Part shown: one piece after another, positions 38,393 through 52,030 of the stretch | How positions within the stretch are numbered: the stretch's first letter is position 1 | How the letters are laid out: each line of letters starts with the position of its first letter | Assembly (NCBI GenBank): GCA_951406725.2 | Contig: OX597819.1 | Span: 125,302,001-125,366,000 of the forward strand | Source: Octopus vulgaris | Lineage: Eukaryota | Reading direction: 5' to 3' | Length of the DNA stretch: 64,000 nt | Translations under genes and position numbers: made by a program | Notes under the pieces: generated by a model | Told to the model about the DNA's origin: nothing | Seen by the model: only the letters and a program-made list of their open reading frames with translations | Databases searched by the model: none

Positions 38393-39216
38393 GCCTATAA
38401 TTGGGCTTTGGAATCCATGAAGTTTATCGTAAACATGAAGACAGAAAATTGCTCAAGTGTGGAGAAGTTAGACAACATGATTAGAAGCATGGAACTGTTT
38501 ATGCAGGACCATCCTCCAATCAGTGATGAGTTGTTTAAAGAGACTCTGCAACAGGCAAAGGAGTTACAGAATGAGAAACTCATCAGTCAATGTCAGAAGA
38601 CAATAGCCCGTTGTGAAGAAGCCCAGTGTAAATTAAAGTCCCGGAAGCTGGCTTTGAAAAGGGCCAAGTCTCAACGTCAAACAAAATCTTTAGCAAATTC
38701 TGATAGTCCTTGCAACTGTATTGTGAAATCTTCAGTGACAGATCTGGATGAAAATTATTTATTACTTCCTCCAAGTCAATCAGAAAAGAAAACTGCTTCC
38801 TGGCATGCAATATGTGCCAGTCTACCAACAAGCCCCAAAATCCAACCTCGTCGTGCATCACTGCCTACAAAAGGTGAAATTGTTACCCAGATTTCTCCAA
38901 TCAGCAACATGTCGTCACAAGATATGGAAGAGTACCAAGAACAATTATTTAATGATGGTTATATTACAGAGGATTTATCTCACCATGTTGTGACGTCTTT
39001 ACCCAAAAGCTTAACTCTTCGTCCAGACCCAAATGACTGTGATACATCTGGCAACAAAGACAAATTGTTTTCTCGCTTGTACTCTTCCAAAAAGTCTATA
39101 ACCCGAACAGTTACCGTTCCTGTAACATTATCCCACACAGTGCAAAATTACAAGTTAACCTCCTCACAAACGCTTCCTCAAGTCGACACTCCAGGCACTT
39201 TGGATAGTGTTCCAAG
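38393..39216 (+). CDS. PLEKHG4-like: Internal coding exon (824 nt, phases 0/2) of a PLEKHG4/PLEKHG4B/puratrophin-like RhoGEF: spectrin-like repeat plus Ser/Pro/Thr-rich linker
   Basis: Acceptor ttttttcttttcttttcag|GCC, donor AAG|gtaaga, 274 open codons; AYNWALESMKF..CSS..HPPISDELF..ARCEE resembles the AYEWALEGM..CSS..HP.I...F..KCQE segment recalled from PLEKHG4-family proteins. Confidence 0.8.
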
Positions 39217-40054
39217 GTAAGATATCGAATGATTACTTTTTGTCACTCTGTATTAATTTACAGCAACGACTTTCATTATAAATTTAAGTTTGGGGAAAGC
39301 AAAATAAATGTTGTTCCTCCACTTCTCCATTTCAATGGAATTTATTTTATTTTCAGGAAAATATTTAAACTATCAAATTGTGAAATATTAAGCAAACAAT
39401 TGTCTGAAATCTGTTTCATTGATAAAATAATATATGTTTAGATTTTCTGAAATATATAAAAAGACACTTTGTTGCAGGATATATTCTATATAACCAAATG
39501 GCTTAACTAATTTTTGGTGCTTTTTTTTTATTAATTTTATTAATTTATCCCTTGCTTTAAGGCAGACATTAACATCGCTGAACTAACCTAACTCTTCCAT
39601 TCCCTCTTAAATTCTTGTGAAATGATGTTTTTAATGGAAAGTTGAATGCAAGGAAGTGGTCAATTGAATAGAAGACCAAAACTTGAAAATTAATCAGATA
39701 ATATAACAATTTTTTTCTCTGAATATCATGATACTTTCTCCTCTGAAGTTTCTCTTCTCAACAGTCCTACTCACTCTAAAGTATCTATGTTGCTATCTTC
39801 AATATCTTTTGTTCTACGTAAGCAGTGGTTAGGTGATTGCAAAATTTTTATACATGAGTAAATTGCCTTAAGCCCTGACTGAAGAATATTGGCTTTCTCA
39901 TCTTTAGGCCCTTAATTACTTCCTAGTCAAATTAACTAAATGTATAAAGATTATATCATGTGCATCACTCCACTTCCTTACTTTTATTAATGAGAATAAA
40001 ATGGAACAGATTTGTAGCAAGATATTTCTCTGTTGCAATGAAGAGCAACAGCTA

Positions 40055-41323
40055 TTGGGTCATCCCATAAATAATATGTTTTTTTCAATTGCATGAACTA
40101 AAAGTCGGAGGGGGACAAGATAAACTACCTGCATCAACTTGCTATAAAAGCAGGTAGTAATTTTACCTTGTTCTTATTCTTAGTGCAAATTTTAGAAAGT
40201 GCAGTTCGATTTTAATAGTTATTTTTTCAAAGCCATTATGGAAGTGACAAAGGAGCATATTCAGCATATGTGTTCAATAAAGGCAACAACACAATGGAAA
40301 GTGCAAGGAATATTAATCCAGTATAATGGGATCGGACAATAAGCATATCCCAGTGTCAACGGTGATTCCAGAAATTCCAAGCTGGAAACTACAGCCTAGA
40401 AGATGAGCCTTGTCCTGGAAGATCTGTAGAGCTCTACAAGTATGTACTGCAAACCCTGGTGGAACAAAATCCCATCATAACTATTGAGGAATTCGCAAAG
40501 AAGCTTGGGTTTGGTCATTCAACCATTCATTGATACCTGCATGCCATCAGCAGAGTCAACAAATTTGGTCAATGGGCTCCTCACAAACTTTCTGAGTCTA
40601 ATTACATGCAGAGAGTAAAGGTGTTCTTCTTTGCTGTCATGTCCCACCTTTTTTGGACCAAATAGTGACTGGTGATGAGCAATGGGTTCTCTATAAAAAT
40701 GTCAAGAGTTGAAGACAGTGGATAGGGAAAAGAGGAAAACAGCACCCCAGGCTAAAGAAGGGCTTCACCCACATAAGGTGTTGTTATCTGTTTGGTGGGA
40801 AATGAAAGCTTTAGTTCACTTTGAACTTTTAAACCCAAACCAAATGATAACAAGGGAGATCTATTGTGAGCAGCTTGAATGGCTTAAGTCAGCGCCAGAA
40901 GGAAAATAACTATCTTTGGTTTCAAGACAAAAGGTGTTCTTCTATCAGGATAATGCTTGGCCACATACAGCAAGGATGACATTCCAAAGGCTGGGAGCAG
41001 TTTGAATGGGAAACGATGCCCCACCCACCATATTTGCTAGACATTGCTCCATCTGATTATCATTTATTTCATAGTCTTCTAAATCATTTGGATGGAAAAA
41101 ATATGAATTCTGTAGCTGGGGTCAGAGCAGTACTGGAGGAGTATTTTTCGTCATGGACAAGTGAATTTTGGAAGATGGGCCTTGCAAGTCTACCAGATAG
41201 ATGGAAGAGCATTGTAGAAAATGAAGGAGAGTATATTTTAGATTAAAAATGAATTTTGTTTATCTTAATTTTGAAAAATAAAAGTAGTATAAAAAAAAAT
41301 GCATTATTTATGGGCTGACCCAA
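40055..41323 (+). mobile_element. Full-length inactive mariner (DD34D) transposon, 1269 bp
   Basis: TIRs ttgggtcatcccataaataat / attatttatgggctgacccaa, TA TSD. Confidence 0.95.
40238..41246 (+). pseudogene. Mariner transposase pseudogene
   Basis: WAPHKL, IVTGDEQW, QDNAWPH and HPPYLLDIAPSDYHLF motifs with stops and frameshifts. Confidence 0.9.
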
Positions 41324-41529
41324 TAATTCAAACCGGACCATTTAATTCAATTTATTTTCAGGAATTAATACACTGAAGCTGTCATAAAACGGCTTGTAAC
41401 AATATTCCAGGCATAGATATTGAAGTTGTCCCAATATTCCAAACTCGTAAATCATTGCACACATTTATGCCAACTAAATCCTTTGTTGTTGAGCCCTGCA
41501 ATAATCCTGAAAAGAAAATCCATTATTAA

Positions 41530-41728
41530 CCCTTTAGTGTTTAAACTGGCCAAATCTGGCCCAATATATTTACATATTTTATATTCAAACTGGCCATATC
41601 TAGCCTCTCACACCAAACCTACATTGGCAGTCTAAAAATAAACAATCACATCATTGAAACCTCAAAGCTATAAGGTAATGCATGATTAATTCAAAACAAT
41701 TTAACAGAGTAATCTGAACACTAAAGGG
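41530..41728. mobile_element. piggyBac-type MITE
   Basis: TTAA|CCCTTTAGTGTT...AACACTAAAGGG|TTAA. Confidence 0.85.
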
Positions 41729-42389
41729 TTAAAAGGTCAATGGAAAGCCATGCTTTCATCTACCACTGAATTCTCATGTTTCTTTTTTTCTTTTTCTATG
41801 AGTCTCTATGAACTTTTTTAGTTTGCTTCAAGATTTCAGCATTCAAACATGTATTTATTGTTCAATGCTGTGGTAAAAATCGTACAAATATATTGAGTTG
41901 ATTATTTATTTTTTTCCAAACTAAAGCAAAAATAGAAGAAGAAAAAGAAGGAAAAGCAATTATTTCCTTTAAGAATTAATAAGGTACAAGAAATTAGTAA
42001 ACAATTTTTATTATAAATATTTGGTTCGCTGCCCAATTATAAAGTTTATTACTTTCCTATTTGACAAGAAGCATGAAATATTTATGGATGACTATTAACA
42101 AACAGGTTTTGTTATTTTACTTTCACCAAACTACTTTATAGTTCAATTTCAAGGATTGACTGAAAGCTATTTATTTCAGTTGTTTGAATAAAGAAGAAAA
42201 AGAAGAAGGAAAAAAACAAATATACTTTCTCCATTGCCTTGAACTATATTTATCATGAGAAAATCAGATCACTGTAGTTTACTTGTATTACATCATGCTT
42301 CTGCATAGTTAGCTATTCAGTTTAATATTTAACATTTTTCAACCCAAAGTGACACTCTTCCATTGTTTTCCACGTCACCATAGATGATT

Positions 42390-42420
<31 letters not shown>

Positions 42421-42902
42421 CAACTTATAAACAAGGGCACAAGAAAAAAATTCTAATGCCAAATATGCCGAAAATAGATAAATCGTCAATAACCATATAA
42501 TTTATCACTATAAGTACACGTCTCGAAGCAAGCCGACAGAAATTTCTAAAAGATTCTGTTATCATCATATCAGTCCCAATTTCAGAGTTAATCCATAAGA
42601 ATTTTCTCCTCATCAGCGATATATATATATATATATAATATTGTTATTCTTGCTGATGGTCTTTTTTTTGCCAATTAAGCACACGCACTATTTGATCTTC
42701 AATCTAGTTTTTATTCATATTATTTTTAGTTTATGTCTGTCATGGGACAAAGAGCCACGGATGAGGTCACAACAAAAAAAAAATAATACAAATAGAAACT
42801 AAAGTGAAGGTCAAATAAATAGTGCATTTGTTTAATTGATAAAAAAAAATGATCATCCTCACGTATAACAATAGCTGTTTCTTCTCAAGAATCTTCTTGT
42901 CA

Positions 42903-43163
42903 GTGGCCGTTGCCAGCCTCGCCTGGCCCCCCGTGCCAGTGACACATAAAAGCACCATCCGTTTGTGGCCGTTTGGCACCTGTGCGGGTGGCACGTAAAA
43001 AGCACCCACTACACTCACGGAGTGGTTGGTGTTAGGAAGGGCATCCAGCCGTAGAAACACTGCCAGATCTGACTGGAGCCTGATGCAGCCTTCTGGCTTC
43101 CCAGACCCCAGTTGAACCGTGCAACCCATGCTAGCATGGAAAGCGGAGGCTAAATGATGATGA
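42903..43163 (+). mobile_element. RTE-tail repeat
   Basis: Family motifs. Confidence 0.85.
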
Positions 43164-43532
43164 TATATATATATATGTATATATATAAGATATCTTGGAA
43201 TAAGAATTCCATTGATGCCCTTCTTAAGAGATACAGAGAACCGTGTGTGTGTTTGGCTGGATGGATGGATGTTTGTTTGTTTGTTTATTCATTTGTTCTA
43301 TAAAGAAGGTGCTGATTTCTAAAAAGAAAAAAACACAAAACTCCATTATCAGAATGTAGATAACAAAAGCTGTCAGATTGTAAACTCAAGAAAATTATTG
43401 CACGTTTTTACAGTTCCTTTACAGACTGTAATTGTAACATGCAAATTAGCTGGCTGATTAATTTTTCTGAAAACCTTAGCTTATCCAGTTTGTTACTCAG
43501 GCATATACTCACAAAACCTTATTGGTGTAAAT

Positions 43533-43745
43533 ATCATCATCATCATCATCATCGTTTAACGTCCGCTTTCCATGCTAGCATGGGTTGGACGGTTCAACTG
43601 GGGTCTGGGAAGCCCGAAGGCTGCACCAGGCCAGTCAGATCTGGCAGTGTTTCTACAGCTGGATGCCCTTCCTAACGCCAACCACTCCGAGAGTGTAGTG
43701 GGTGATTTTATGTGCCACCGACACAGGTGCCAGGCGAGGCTGACG
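43533..43745 (-). mobile_element. RTE-tail repeat
   Basis: Family motifs. Confidence 0.85.
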
Positions 43746-44326
43746 AACGAGGCTGGCGAAAATATGAATTTATAATCCGGGTATAGAAGCTGAAGTTCCT
43801 GAAGCTGTTATCCATAGTTATCCTCTTTCTCTTTGATTTTTCAAAAAGACATTCCCATCAGCAGGGCAGCCGACCTCTATGATGGTACATGCATTTTCGT
43901 ATCTGTCCCAATGATATCATTGTTTGCATTTAAGAGAAGTTTTTATCGGAATTTTCCACCAATGTTCCTTGTGTTGGAGTATTCTTTATATTTTTCCCAT
44001 GACAATACCTCTTTTTTGATTGACATTGTATATCATTTAGCAAGAACATCATGACATTTTGAGGTAGCTGCTAATAATTTAAGAGGTCTTCCTCAGAAAT
44101 GTGCCATAATAGACATTTTGGGTTGCATCAAAAGGTATTTTGTAGCAGTCTGCTACTCTTGGATTGCAAATGCTTAGCCTTTGAAGTGATGTGATGTAAT
44201 AAACACAAGTCCAAGAAGACTACACTTCATGTTAACATGTTAATATTAATGTTATCTTCAAGTCTTTGGAAAACATACCCACGCATAGTTCTTTTACCAG
44301 GCACTTCACATCCAGCTGTTCTTTAA

Positions 44327-44547
44327 CCCTTTAGCATTTAAACTGGCCATATCCAGCTGAAATGTTCTACTTGTTTTATGTTCAAATTGGCCAGATCCAG
44401 CCTCTCACACAGACCCTATAGTGTCATTCTTACAAATAAACAATCGCATCATCGAAATCTTGAAGCTACATGAAAATGCATTTTTAATTCAAAACAATAT
44501 GCATTAATAAGCATTACATTTGACAGAATAATCTGAACGCTAAAGGG
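44327..44547. mobile_element. piggyBac-type MITE, second copy
   Basis: TTAA|CCCTTTAGC...GCTAAAGGG|TTAA; internally similar to 41530-41728. Confidence 0.85.
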
Positions 44548-44599
44548 TTAAGTTATGTTAACCCAGTTGTTTTGGGGTTGTATGGAAGATTAATAAGGG

Positions 44600-45514
44600 A
44601 GTAATTCTTGAGGAGCTTGCTACCGACATATAGGATATTGTTCTTTGCTTTCCAACATTGAGTTTATATTTATTTTGATGCTGTTGTTTAGCTGTTGTTT
44701 GGTTGCTGTTGCTTACTTTCTGAGAGATGCGGTATGAGACATTTGGAGATTGTCCTGATTCTCAAGCCTCCGCCTCAATACCACTGTTTCTGTGGCAGTT
44801 TCTAGTTGATGTCAGGATCCTGCAGGTTTTAATGTCTAAGGAGTGGATTTCTTCCACAGACTAGTGCAGGAACTGGTACTGGGATATTGTCTTGTTGTAT
44901 GAAGAGAGTTCCAACTGCCATATTTTTCTAAGTCCAGTGTAACATTCTCAGGCTGTTCCATCTTTGTTCTCAGTACCTTTGTATGATATATTTTCATCAA
45001 TACCTAGGCATTTGTAACATTCTTTGTGAGGAACAAGCAAAATTCTACAGGTTTTGGAATCAGGGTACTGATTTTCCACATTTAATAATCAAACACAAAC
45101 CTTTCTCTTGGCCAAATTCCAGCTTTATCTTTTGGCATTGTTAACATTTGTAGTATATATATATATCTGTAGGTCATCCCCAAAGAAATTATGGGCTACA
45201 TTGGTATCTCTATGAGAAGCAGATCTAGCATTGTAGCCTTTTGACTTTTGTAACAGAAATGATAACAGAGTTAATGCCAAAATAAACAGAATTACAGAAA
45301 GACTACCACCTTGGAATATTCCCTTTGAAATAATTGGAACATTAGAGATGATCATTCCATTGACTGTTTTAAATGTGAAGATTGTTGTCTAGGGCTTTAT
45401 GAGCCTCTCAGTGGCAATGGCTAGGGTAGCTGGTACTTTTGCCAAGAGCACACTTTAACAGCCACAAGTGAGGATTAGAATTGAATGCCTTCCTATAATC
45501 AAATCATATATTCA
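44600..45514 (-). mobile_element. R4/Dong-like non-LTR reverse transcriptase relic
   Basis: DYRKAFNSNPHLWLL...KGIFQGGSLSVILF...HNFFGDDLQIY; left boundary approximate. Confidence 0.75.
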
Positions 45515-45909
45515 GTATGTATGTATGTATGTATGGATGGATGGATGCTTTGTACAAAACATTGTAGATCTTTAGCTGGGCTAAAAAGTCACATTCAATC
45601 ACAGCACCAATACCAGTTAAGCTTCGTGCAATGGCCATACTCGATAACGAGGGGGCAGCTACCATGTATGTATGTATGCATGCATGCATACATGCACACA
45701 CACATGCATACATACATATGTATGAAATACAAACTGTGCTGTCCAAAGTAAGGAAACACTGCAAAAACCTTGTGAACATCTAATTTGAATGTATGATTTG
45801 ATTATAGGAAGGAATTCAATTCTAATCCTCACTTGTGGCTGTTAAAGTGTGCACTTGGCAAAAGTACCAGCTACCCTAGCCATTGCCACTGAGAGGCCCA
45901 CAAAGAAAA

Positions 45910-46380
45910 GATATTTCCATTTTGAAAACAGTGGTTTTCTGATTGCAGCCCTTCCATGAAATCTGGCTTTGTGCAGCTCCCAGCGAACAGTTTTTGTGGA
46001 AACTGGATTCTCAAGGTGGTCATTAAGTTGTGCAGTAATTTGGGGAGCTTTACTTTTGTGATCCTTTCTAACAACTCGCGTAAGAACCCGACAGTCCTTA
46101 TCTGAAAGTTTTGGTTTTCTTCCAGAGCTGTCATTACTTTCAAGATAGTACTTCTTGATACACCAAGTATTTTGGCTGTTTTCATTACACTGGCGCCTGC
46201 CATACGAGCACCAACAATTTGACCTCTTTGAAAGTCCGATAGATCTGTCATTTGAATGAATTTTAATTAGCCTTTTCTGACGATATCTGAAAGGAAACAG
46301 CAATTTTAGCAAAACTTATTTAGCAACACTAATAATAAATCAAAAAGCATAAAAATAAACAAGCTTTTGATGGTTTTATA
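45910..46380 (-). mobile_element. Tc1-like transposase N-terminal fragment
   Basis: MTDLSDFQRGQIVGARMAGAS...GRKPKLS...VSTKTVRWELH...AAIRKP. Confidence 0.9.
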
Positions 46381-46715
46381 GATAAGAGAGAGAGAGTGAG
46401 TGAGTGAACGTGTGTGTTCTCATGTATGTGTAAGTGGCACTCTCTCTCTCTCTCTCTCACTCACTCACATATGCGCACAAGTCCATTTCATATACACGTT
46501 CCTACATCTTTCACTTTCTCCTCTCTTTCACTTTAAAACAAAAGTAACAGGTGATTTTCAAGATAAAAATTGTTTTATAAATGGTTTCTCCTCATGTAAA
46601 TTGATTACTATTGTTTGGATAGTTCCAATTAAATAAGTCCAGAAGTTAGGTTGAATATATATACATGCATAAATACTGTGAATATGTTATCGGGTAAGGC
46701 TGGGTAGTAAGCCTG

Positions 46716-46745
<30 letters not shown>

Positions 46746-46755
<10 letters not shown>

Positions 46756-47582
46756 GAAGGTTTGAAAATGCAATTTTAAAAGATGTTTATTTACTTGACC
46801 GGTTTCACTATTTTGGAAAAAGATTGTCAAAAGTAATATGTAAAAGCTTTGTTGTGTTAGGTACTGGTTGTCACAACTTATTACAATACATATATACACT
46901 ACCGTCAGAAATTAATTAGCACCCTTGATTTGCTCTTCACTCAAGGTATGTGCTGTCACCTAGTGGCCATATCTCGAACTATTGCTTTGTTGTGAGTTCA
47001 CTGTTGCACAGAACGATGACGTAACTTTGTTTGCAGAGCAGTTTGAGAGTCTACAGCCTTATGATGTTGACATAGCAGTGCAACAACTTGGAGTGCAGAT
47101 GCAGACAAATCTTCCTTTGTTTAATAGATATAGGTAGCGCCTCGCAAGGACCGAAATCACACCATACTAAGTTTTCTCATCGCGTAAGACGTTTTGAACA
47201 GCTCATAAGGTTAATTGATTTAACCTATTTAATGTAGAAATTTGAGAAGTGCTAATTAATTTCTGACGCAAGTGTACATTCTTTGATAATAAGAACATGT
47301 TAAAAACAGTTTACAAAGAAAAATCTTGGGAAAATATTAAAATGAACTTTTAAATTTTTTTATATTTTCCCAAGATTTTCCCTTGTAAACTGTTTTAACA
47401 TTTTCTTATTATTATCAAAGAATGTATATATATATATATATTGTAATATTTTGTGACAACCAGTACCTAACACAACAAAGCTTTTACATGTCACTTTTGA
47501 CAAACTTTTTCTAAAAAAGGGAAACCGGTCAAGTGAATAAACATCTTTTAAAATTGCATTTTCAAACCTTCTTTCATATATA
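46746..47582. repeat. Nested inverted repeats: ~145-bp outer arms and an inner palindrome at 47275-47426
   Basis: 46746-46893 is the reverse complement of 47436-47582. Confidence 0.85.
46897..47274. mobile_element. Tc1/mariner-type MITE, 378 bp
   Basis: TA|CACTaccgtcagaaattaattagcac...gtgctaattaatttctgacgcaAGTG|TA. Confidence 0.85.
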
Positions 47583-48186
47583 ATTCCACTTGTGCGATAC
47601 CTTACAACTTCACTTTGTTATATATATATATATATATATTGACAAACCACATGTAACAACAAAAGAATTTGGCCTCAATGTCTTTGGAAATAGAAGACTA
47701 AATTTATTGACACAGATATGAAACTCGTACATTCAGGACTGAGTTTCTGTGCAACGATTCAATGAATGTTGCACCTCAGCAGCGAATGCAAGTTTAATGC
47801 ATATTGACAGCATGCTTAACATGCAGAATTACATACTTTTTCAACAGTAATACTCGAAAGGTTTATCTATTTTGGTCCTTGTGTGTACATGTAGATACAC
47901 AATGAATGCTAATTTATTTTTGAGTCTCTTTTGTGTACTTTATGCCACAAATATACTCTTAGTTTTTACTGAGCTCAGTCCACAAAAGAAAATGTGTGTG
48001 CATATTATATGTAAGGGTATAGATATATATTTTATATACACACACATGCATATCTTAATCCCCTTTACTTATAGATATATATATATATATACACAGTTAA
48101 TCCAAACAAGAAAACAAAAAGACAACAACGCAAGGATGTGGAACAAATAAAGTATTATTGGACGCTCAGGAAAGAAGGGAAGGAGG

Positions 48187-48221
48187 GTTTGACGTTTCGA
48201 GCGGAGCTCTTCGTCGGAAAC
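48187..48221 (-). ncRNA. Minimal type I hammerhead ribozyme (U4C core variant) in a probable PLE end (~48095-48265)
   Basis: GTTT-CCGACGA-A-GAGC(TCC)GCTC-GAAA-CG-TC-AAAC. Confidence 0.65.
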
Positions 48222-48436
48222 AAGGAGAGGGAAAGATCCCGAGATGGGAGGACAGAGGAAAAAAAATTGCCGTTGCTAGCCTCCCCTGGCACCTGTGCCG
48301 GTGGCACATAAAAAGCACCATCCGTATGTGGTCGATGCCAGCACCACCTTGACTGGCTTCCATGCCGGTGGCACGTAAAAAGCACCAGCCGATCATGGCC
48401 GAATCCACACTGACCTTGATGTTAAACAACATATGA

Positions 48437-49113
48437 GCTCTTTTACTTGTTTCAGTCATTAGACAGCAGCCATGCTGGAGCACCACGTTCAGTCAAACAA
48501 ATCGACCCCAGGACTTATTCTTTGTAAGCCTAGAACTTATTTTATCGGTCTCTTCTGCCGAACTGCTAGGTTACGGGGACGTAAACACACCAGCATTTGT
48601 TGTCAAGTGATGTTGGGGGGACAAACACAGATGCACAAACACACACACAGCGCCACCTGTGGCCAATGCCAGCGCCGCCTTGACTGGTTTCCGTGCCGGT
48701 GGCACATTAAAAGCACCAACTGATTGTGGCCGCTGCCAGACTCCCCTGGCTCCTGTGCCGGTGGAATGTAAAATGCACCCACTACACACATGGAGTGGTT
48801 GGCGTTAGGAAGGGCATCCAGCTGTAGAAACACTGCCAGATCAGACTGGAGCCTGGTGCAGCCTCCTGGCTTCCCAGACCCCGGTCGAACCGTCCAACCC
48901 ATGCTAGCATGGAAAGTGGACGTTAAACGATGATGATGATACATGTATACGATGGGCTTCTTTCAGTTTCCGTCTACCGAATCCACTCACAAGGCTTTGG
49001 TTGGCCTGAGGCTATAGCAGAAGACACTTGCCCAAGGTGCCATGCAATGGGACAGAACCCGGAACCATGTGGCTGGTAAGCAAGCTACTTACCACACAGC
49101 CACTCCTGCGCCT
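48437..49113 (-). mobile_element. SINE A split by a + strand RTE-tail insertion (48650-48939)
   Basis: SINE A halves flank the RTE tail, which sits in the SINE's internal microsatellite. Confidence 0.85.
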
Positions 49114-50567
49114 ATAGCAAATAGGAACATTAAAAAAAAAAAATTATAAAAATAATAATAATTTCCAAATCGAAACCAAATTATCCTATTTGCTGTTTGC
49201 TTAGTAAGATATTCTTAAAATGTGATTTCCATCAACAAACTGCCAGGTTGTCACTCATTTGTGAAGATTCGTTAATTTTAGATCTTTTTTTAGCTGTAGA
49301 ACCAAACTCTTTGGATTGGTTTTTTTTTTTTTTTACAGTTCAGACATGTTAAAATAAAAAACAAAAATATTAAAAAACAAAAATATTAAAAAACAAAATA
49401 TAGAGGTAATTTTAGAAATTAGGTGATAGCTGAGATATACGAATCTAGCTGGTAACTAAAAGACCTTTTTTTTGTGTTTTATTTTTGCAGAAGATAATAT
49501 TCGTGTGTTTTTCTTCATTTCGTTTTATTTTCGTTTTCTTTACCTTTCCAACTTTTAATTATTTATTTATTTATTATCTAAGCATTTTATGTTGTTATTG
49601 TTGCTGTTGTTGTTATTATTTGGTTCTTTTCCTTCTCATCCTATCCACATGCCCATATTTCTGTTGCTAAGAGCCTTCGTACCACTGAGAAAATGCTGAT
49701 TAAATAGTTTAGTTCTTCTCATACACAGAGACACACACAACACAGACACATGCATATATATTCTCATGTGTGTGTGTTCATACTTATAGATTGACTGAAT
49801 AACGTTTATTTATTTGGGGTTTTTTTAAGCCATTGCTCGAAGCTTGTTATCTAGTTTTGTCAGCCAGGCTTACTACTTAATTACTCATCACTGTGTTTTT
49901 TTGCATTCAGAAATGCATATTTATTAGTTGGCCCCGTTTTTTTTACTCATTATAAACATACATATTTGAAATTTATTATTATTATTATTTTTCTTATTTT
50001 ATAAAACGTATGTATGTTAAATTACTAGGGTTGATATAATCAGCAGTTTCCTCCCCTAAAAATATAAGGCTTTGTCCCTATGTAAGGAATCAGAATTATT
50101 GTGAAGATGGTAGAATTCAAAGTGTATCAGGAAAAATGCTTTCTTGCATTTCTTCTAGCACTTTACAATATAAGTTCAAGTTTCACTATGTTCAACTTCA
50201 CCTAAAATACAAGTCAAGGACTGGGCTTGATGACTAACCCCTCCCCTCAAAATTGTTGGTCTTGTGCATGAATTACAAACCATTATTATTGTTAAGGATA
50301 AAGGGGCTCTCTACCCCCCTTTTTGACCAGGCTCCCGTGGCTTTTATGGTTTTTTCCACAAGTAACCTTTCGAAGCGCCTCCCCCTATTAAGGGAGTTTT
50401 GATTGTTACTTATATTTCGTTGTTATCCTGCTTTTGTACACGGACCTTTTTTTTCCAACGGACAAAACCCTTTGTGACTTTCGTCCTGTGTTTTGTCCCT
50501 TTATGTTTTAATTGATTTTTGTTAGCCCTTGTGGCCAATAAACAAATTAATTATTATTATTATTATT

Positions 50568-51100
50568 GAGTGAGAGAGCAGTGTATGCCATCAAAGTGAC
50601 ACTGAGGTACAAATATACGAAACCCAGTATACCCATCATGACAACACCCATCTGATAAGGGTACACCAGGCACATGTGCCACATGTGCGCAACATGGTGA
50701 TCTTGTACCAAGGTTAACAGTGCATGACCTTGCAGGTGGGGCCCAGTAAGAATTTTCTTCAGATTGAGTAGCGCATCCCTCTCAAAAGGTCCCTGAATAA
50801 GGTCTATTTAAGGATGTTGAATGAAACACCCATGCTTCCAGAAGTGAATTATCCAAATCCCAAAGAATTCCTCTCAACACATGGCTATGATGCTCCCTTA
50901 CTACTTCTGCTCATGATCAGAGATGCACATATCATCAGCCACTAAGGTTAAGGTGAAACAAATCTGTGGTATTCAGCAGAATATTTGCTGTAGCCCATCT
51001 TCTATATACTAAGACAAAACAATGTACATGATAGCACTTCTAATCAGGTAGGATGAGAAGCCATGAGAGCCACTACCTGGTACTGCATCAGAGCATTTAT
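50568..51100 (-). repeat. Unclassified retro-like repeat bounded by (TTA)n
   Basis: (AAT)n tail on -; segment 50959-51000 recurs at 52059-52100. Confidence 0.45.
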
Positions 51101-51500
51101 TATTATTATTATTATTAAGACGAAGAGCATGATTTGATAAGATATTTTATTAGTTGAACGATATTTTAACAGTACATCTGTCTTTGTCAAGTTCAAAATA
51201 AGAAGTTATAAAAATTCAAAATTACAGAAATTTAAACGTAAAGTATGAACGAGAGCAACCAGTGTCCTCACGTTGATGGAATGACATCAACAGTTTTTAA
51301 GTTACAATTTTATATCAGGCAAAAAGAAAACGACAGAAAAAAAGAAAAGAAAAAGAGAGAAAGAAGAATATTTAATCAAACAGTTTTGTATAAATTTGAT
51401 GATATTCTCCTGTCATCTTATTCATTCCTCCAGGGTGTGATGTTAATAACCTGCAAACATATTTCTTCTCATACATTCTGAGAAGTGAAAGTGAAGTAGA

Positions 51501-52030
51501 TTCAGAATATTTTCTGAGAATATGCACTTACAAGTCTTCTTCAAAATTGCAGCCACTTGAAACGAAATATTCGCAAAGTTCTGTCGAACTACTGTTATTG
51601 TGCCTCTCGTCAAGTCTGTGCCCATTAAACCTTTTGTTTAATTGTTCTGTTGTGCAACCAACATAAATTAAGTTGTGTTTCGTGCATTCTGCCGCGTACA
51701 CCAAATGGGAATCTTTACATGTTCCACCTTCTGTATAAATCATAGCATTTCTGTTATGATTTCTCATGGAATTCACTTCACTGATGCTGTTGCACAATGA
51801 ACAGGGCTTAGCTCTCTTGCGGCTGTTCTTTAAGGTACAACGTGCAGATTCTCCAATGTTCATTTTCTTGGAGTCAGATATAGAGGTCAATAATTTCCTT
51901 ATATTCTTATTCCGTCTAAAGGCTACAATAGGCAGCTGAGGAAATATCTGTTTGAAACGAGGATATTTTTTTGCCACATGCTTGAAAGTGCATATTCTAA
52001 GAAAATATTCTGAGAATATGCACATGCTTG
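51501..52030 (-). mobile_element. Penelope-like element fragment (Neptune-like Cys linker plus GIY-YIG)
   Basis: PIVAFRRNKNIR..RC..PCSLC..TCKDSHLVYAAEC..IYVGCTTEQLNKRFNGH. Confidence 0.9.

Noticed and set aside
39357-39441. In-frame alternative terminal exon after ttttcag
   Set aside because: Short, AT-rich, no recognisable homology; compatible with chance.
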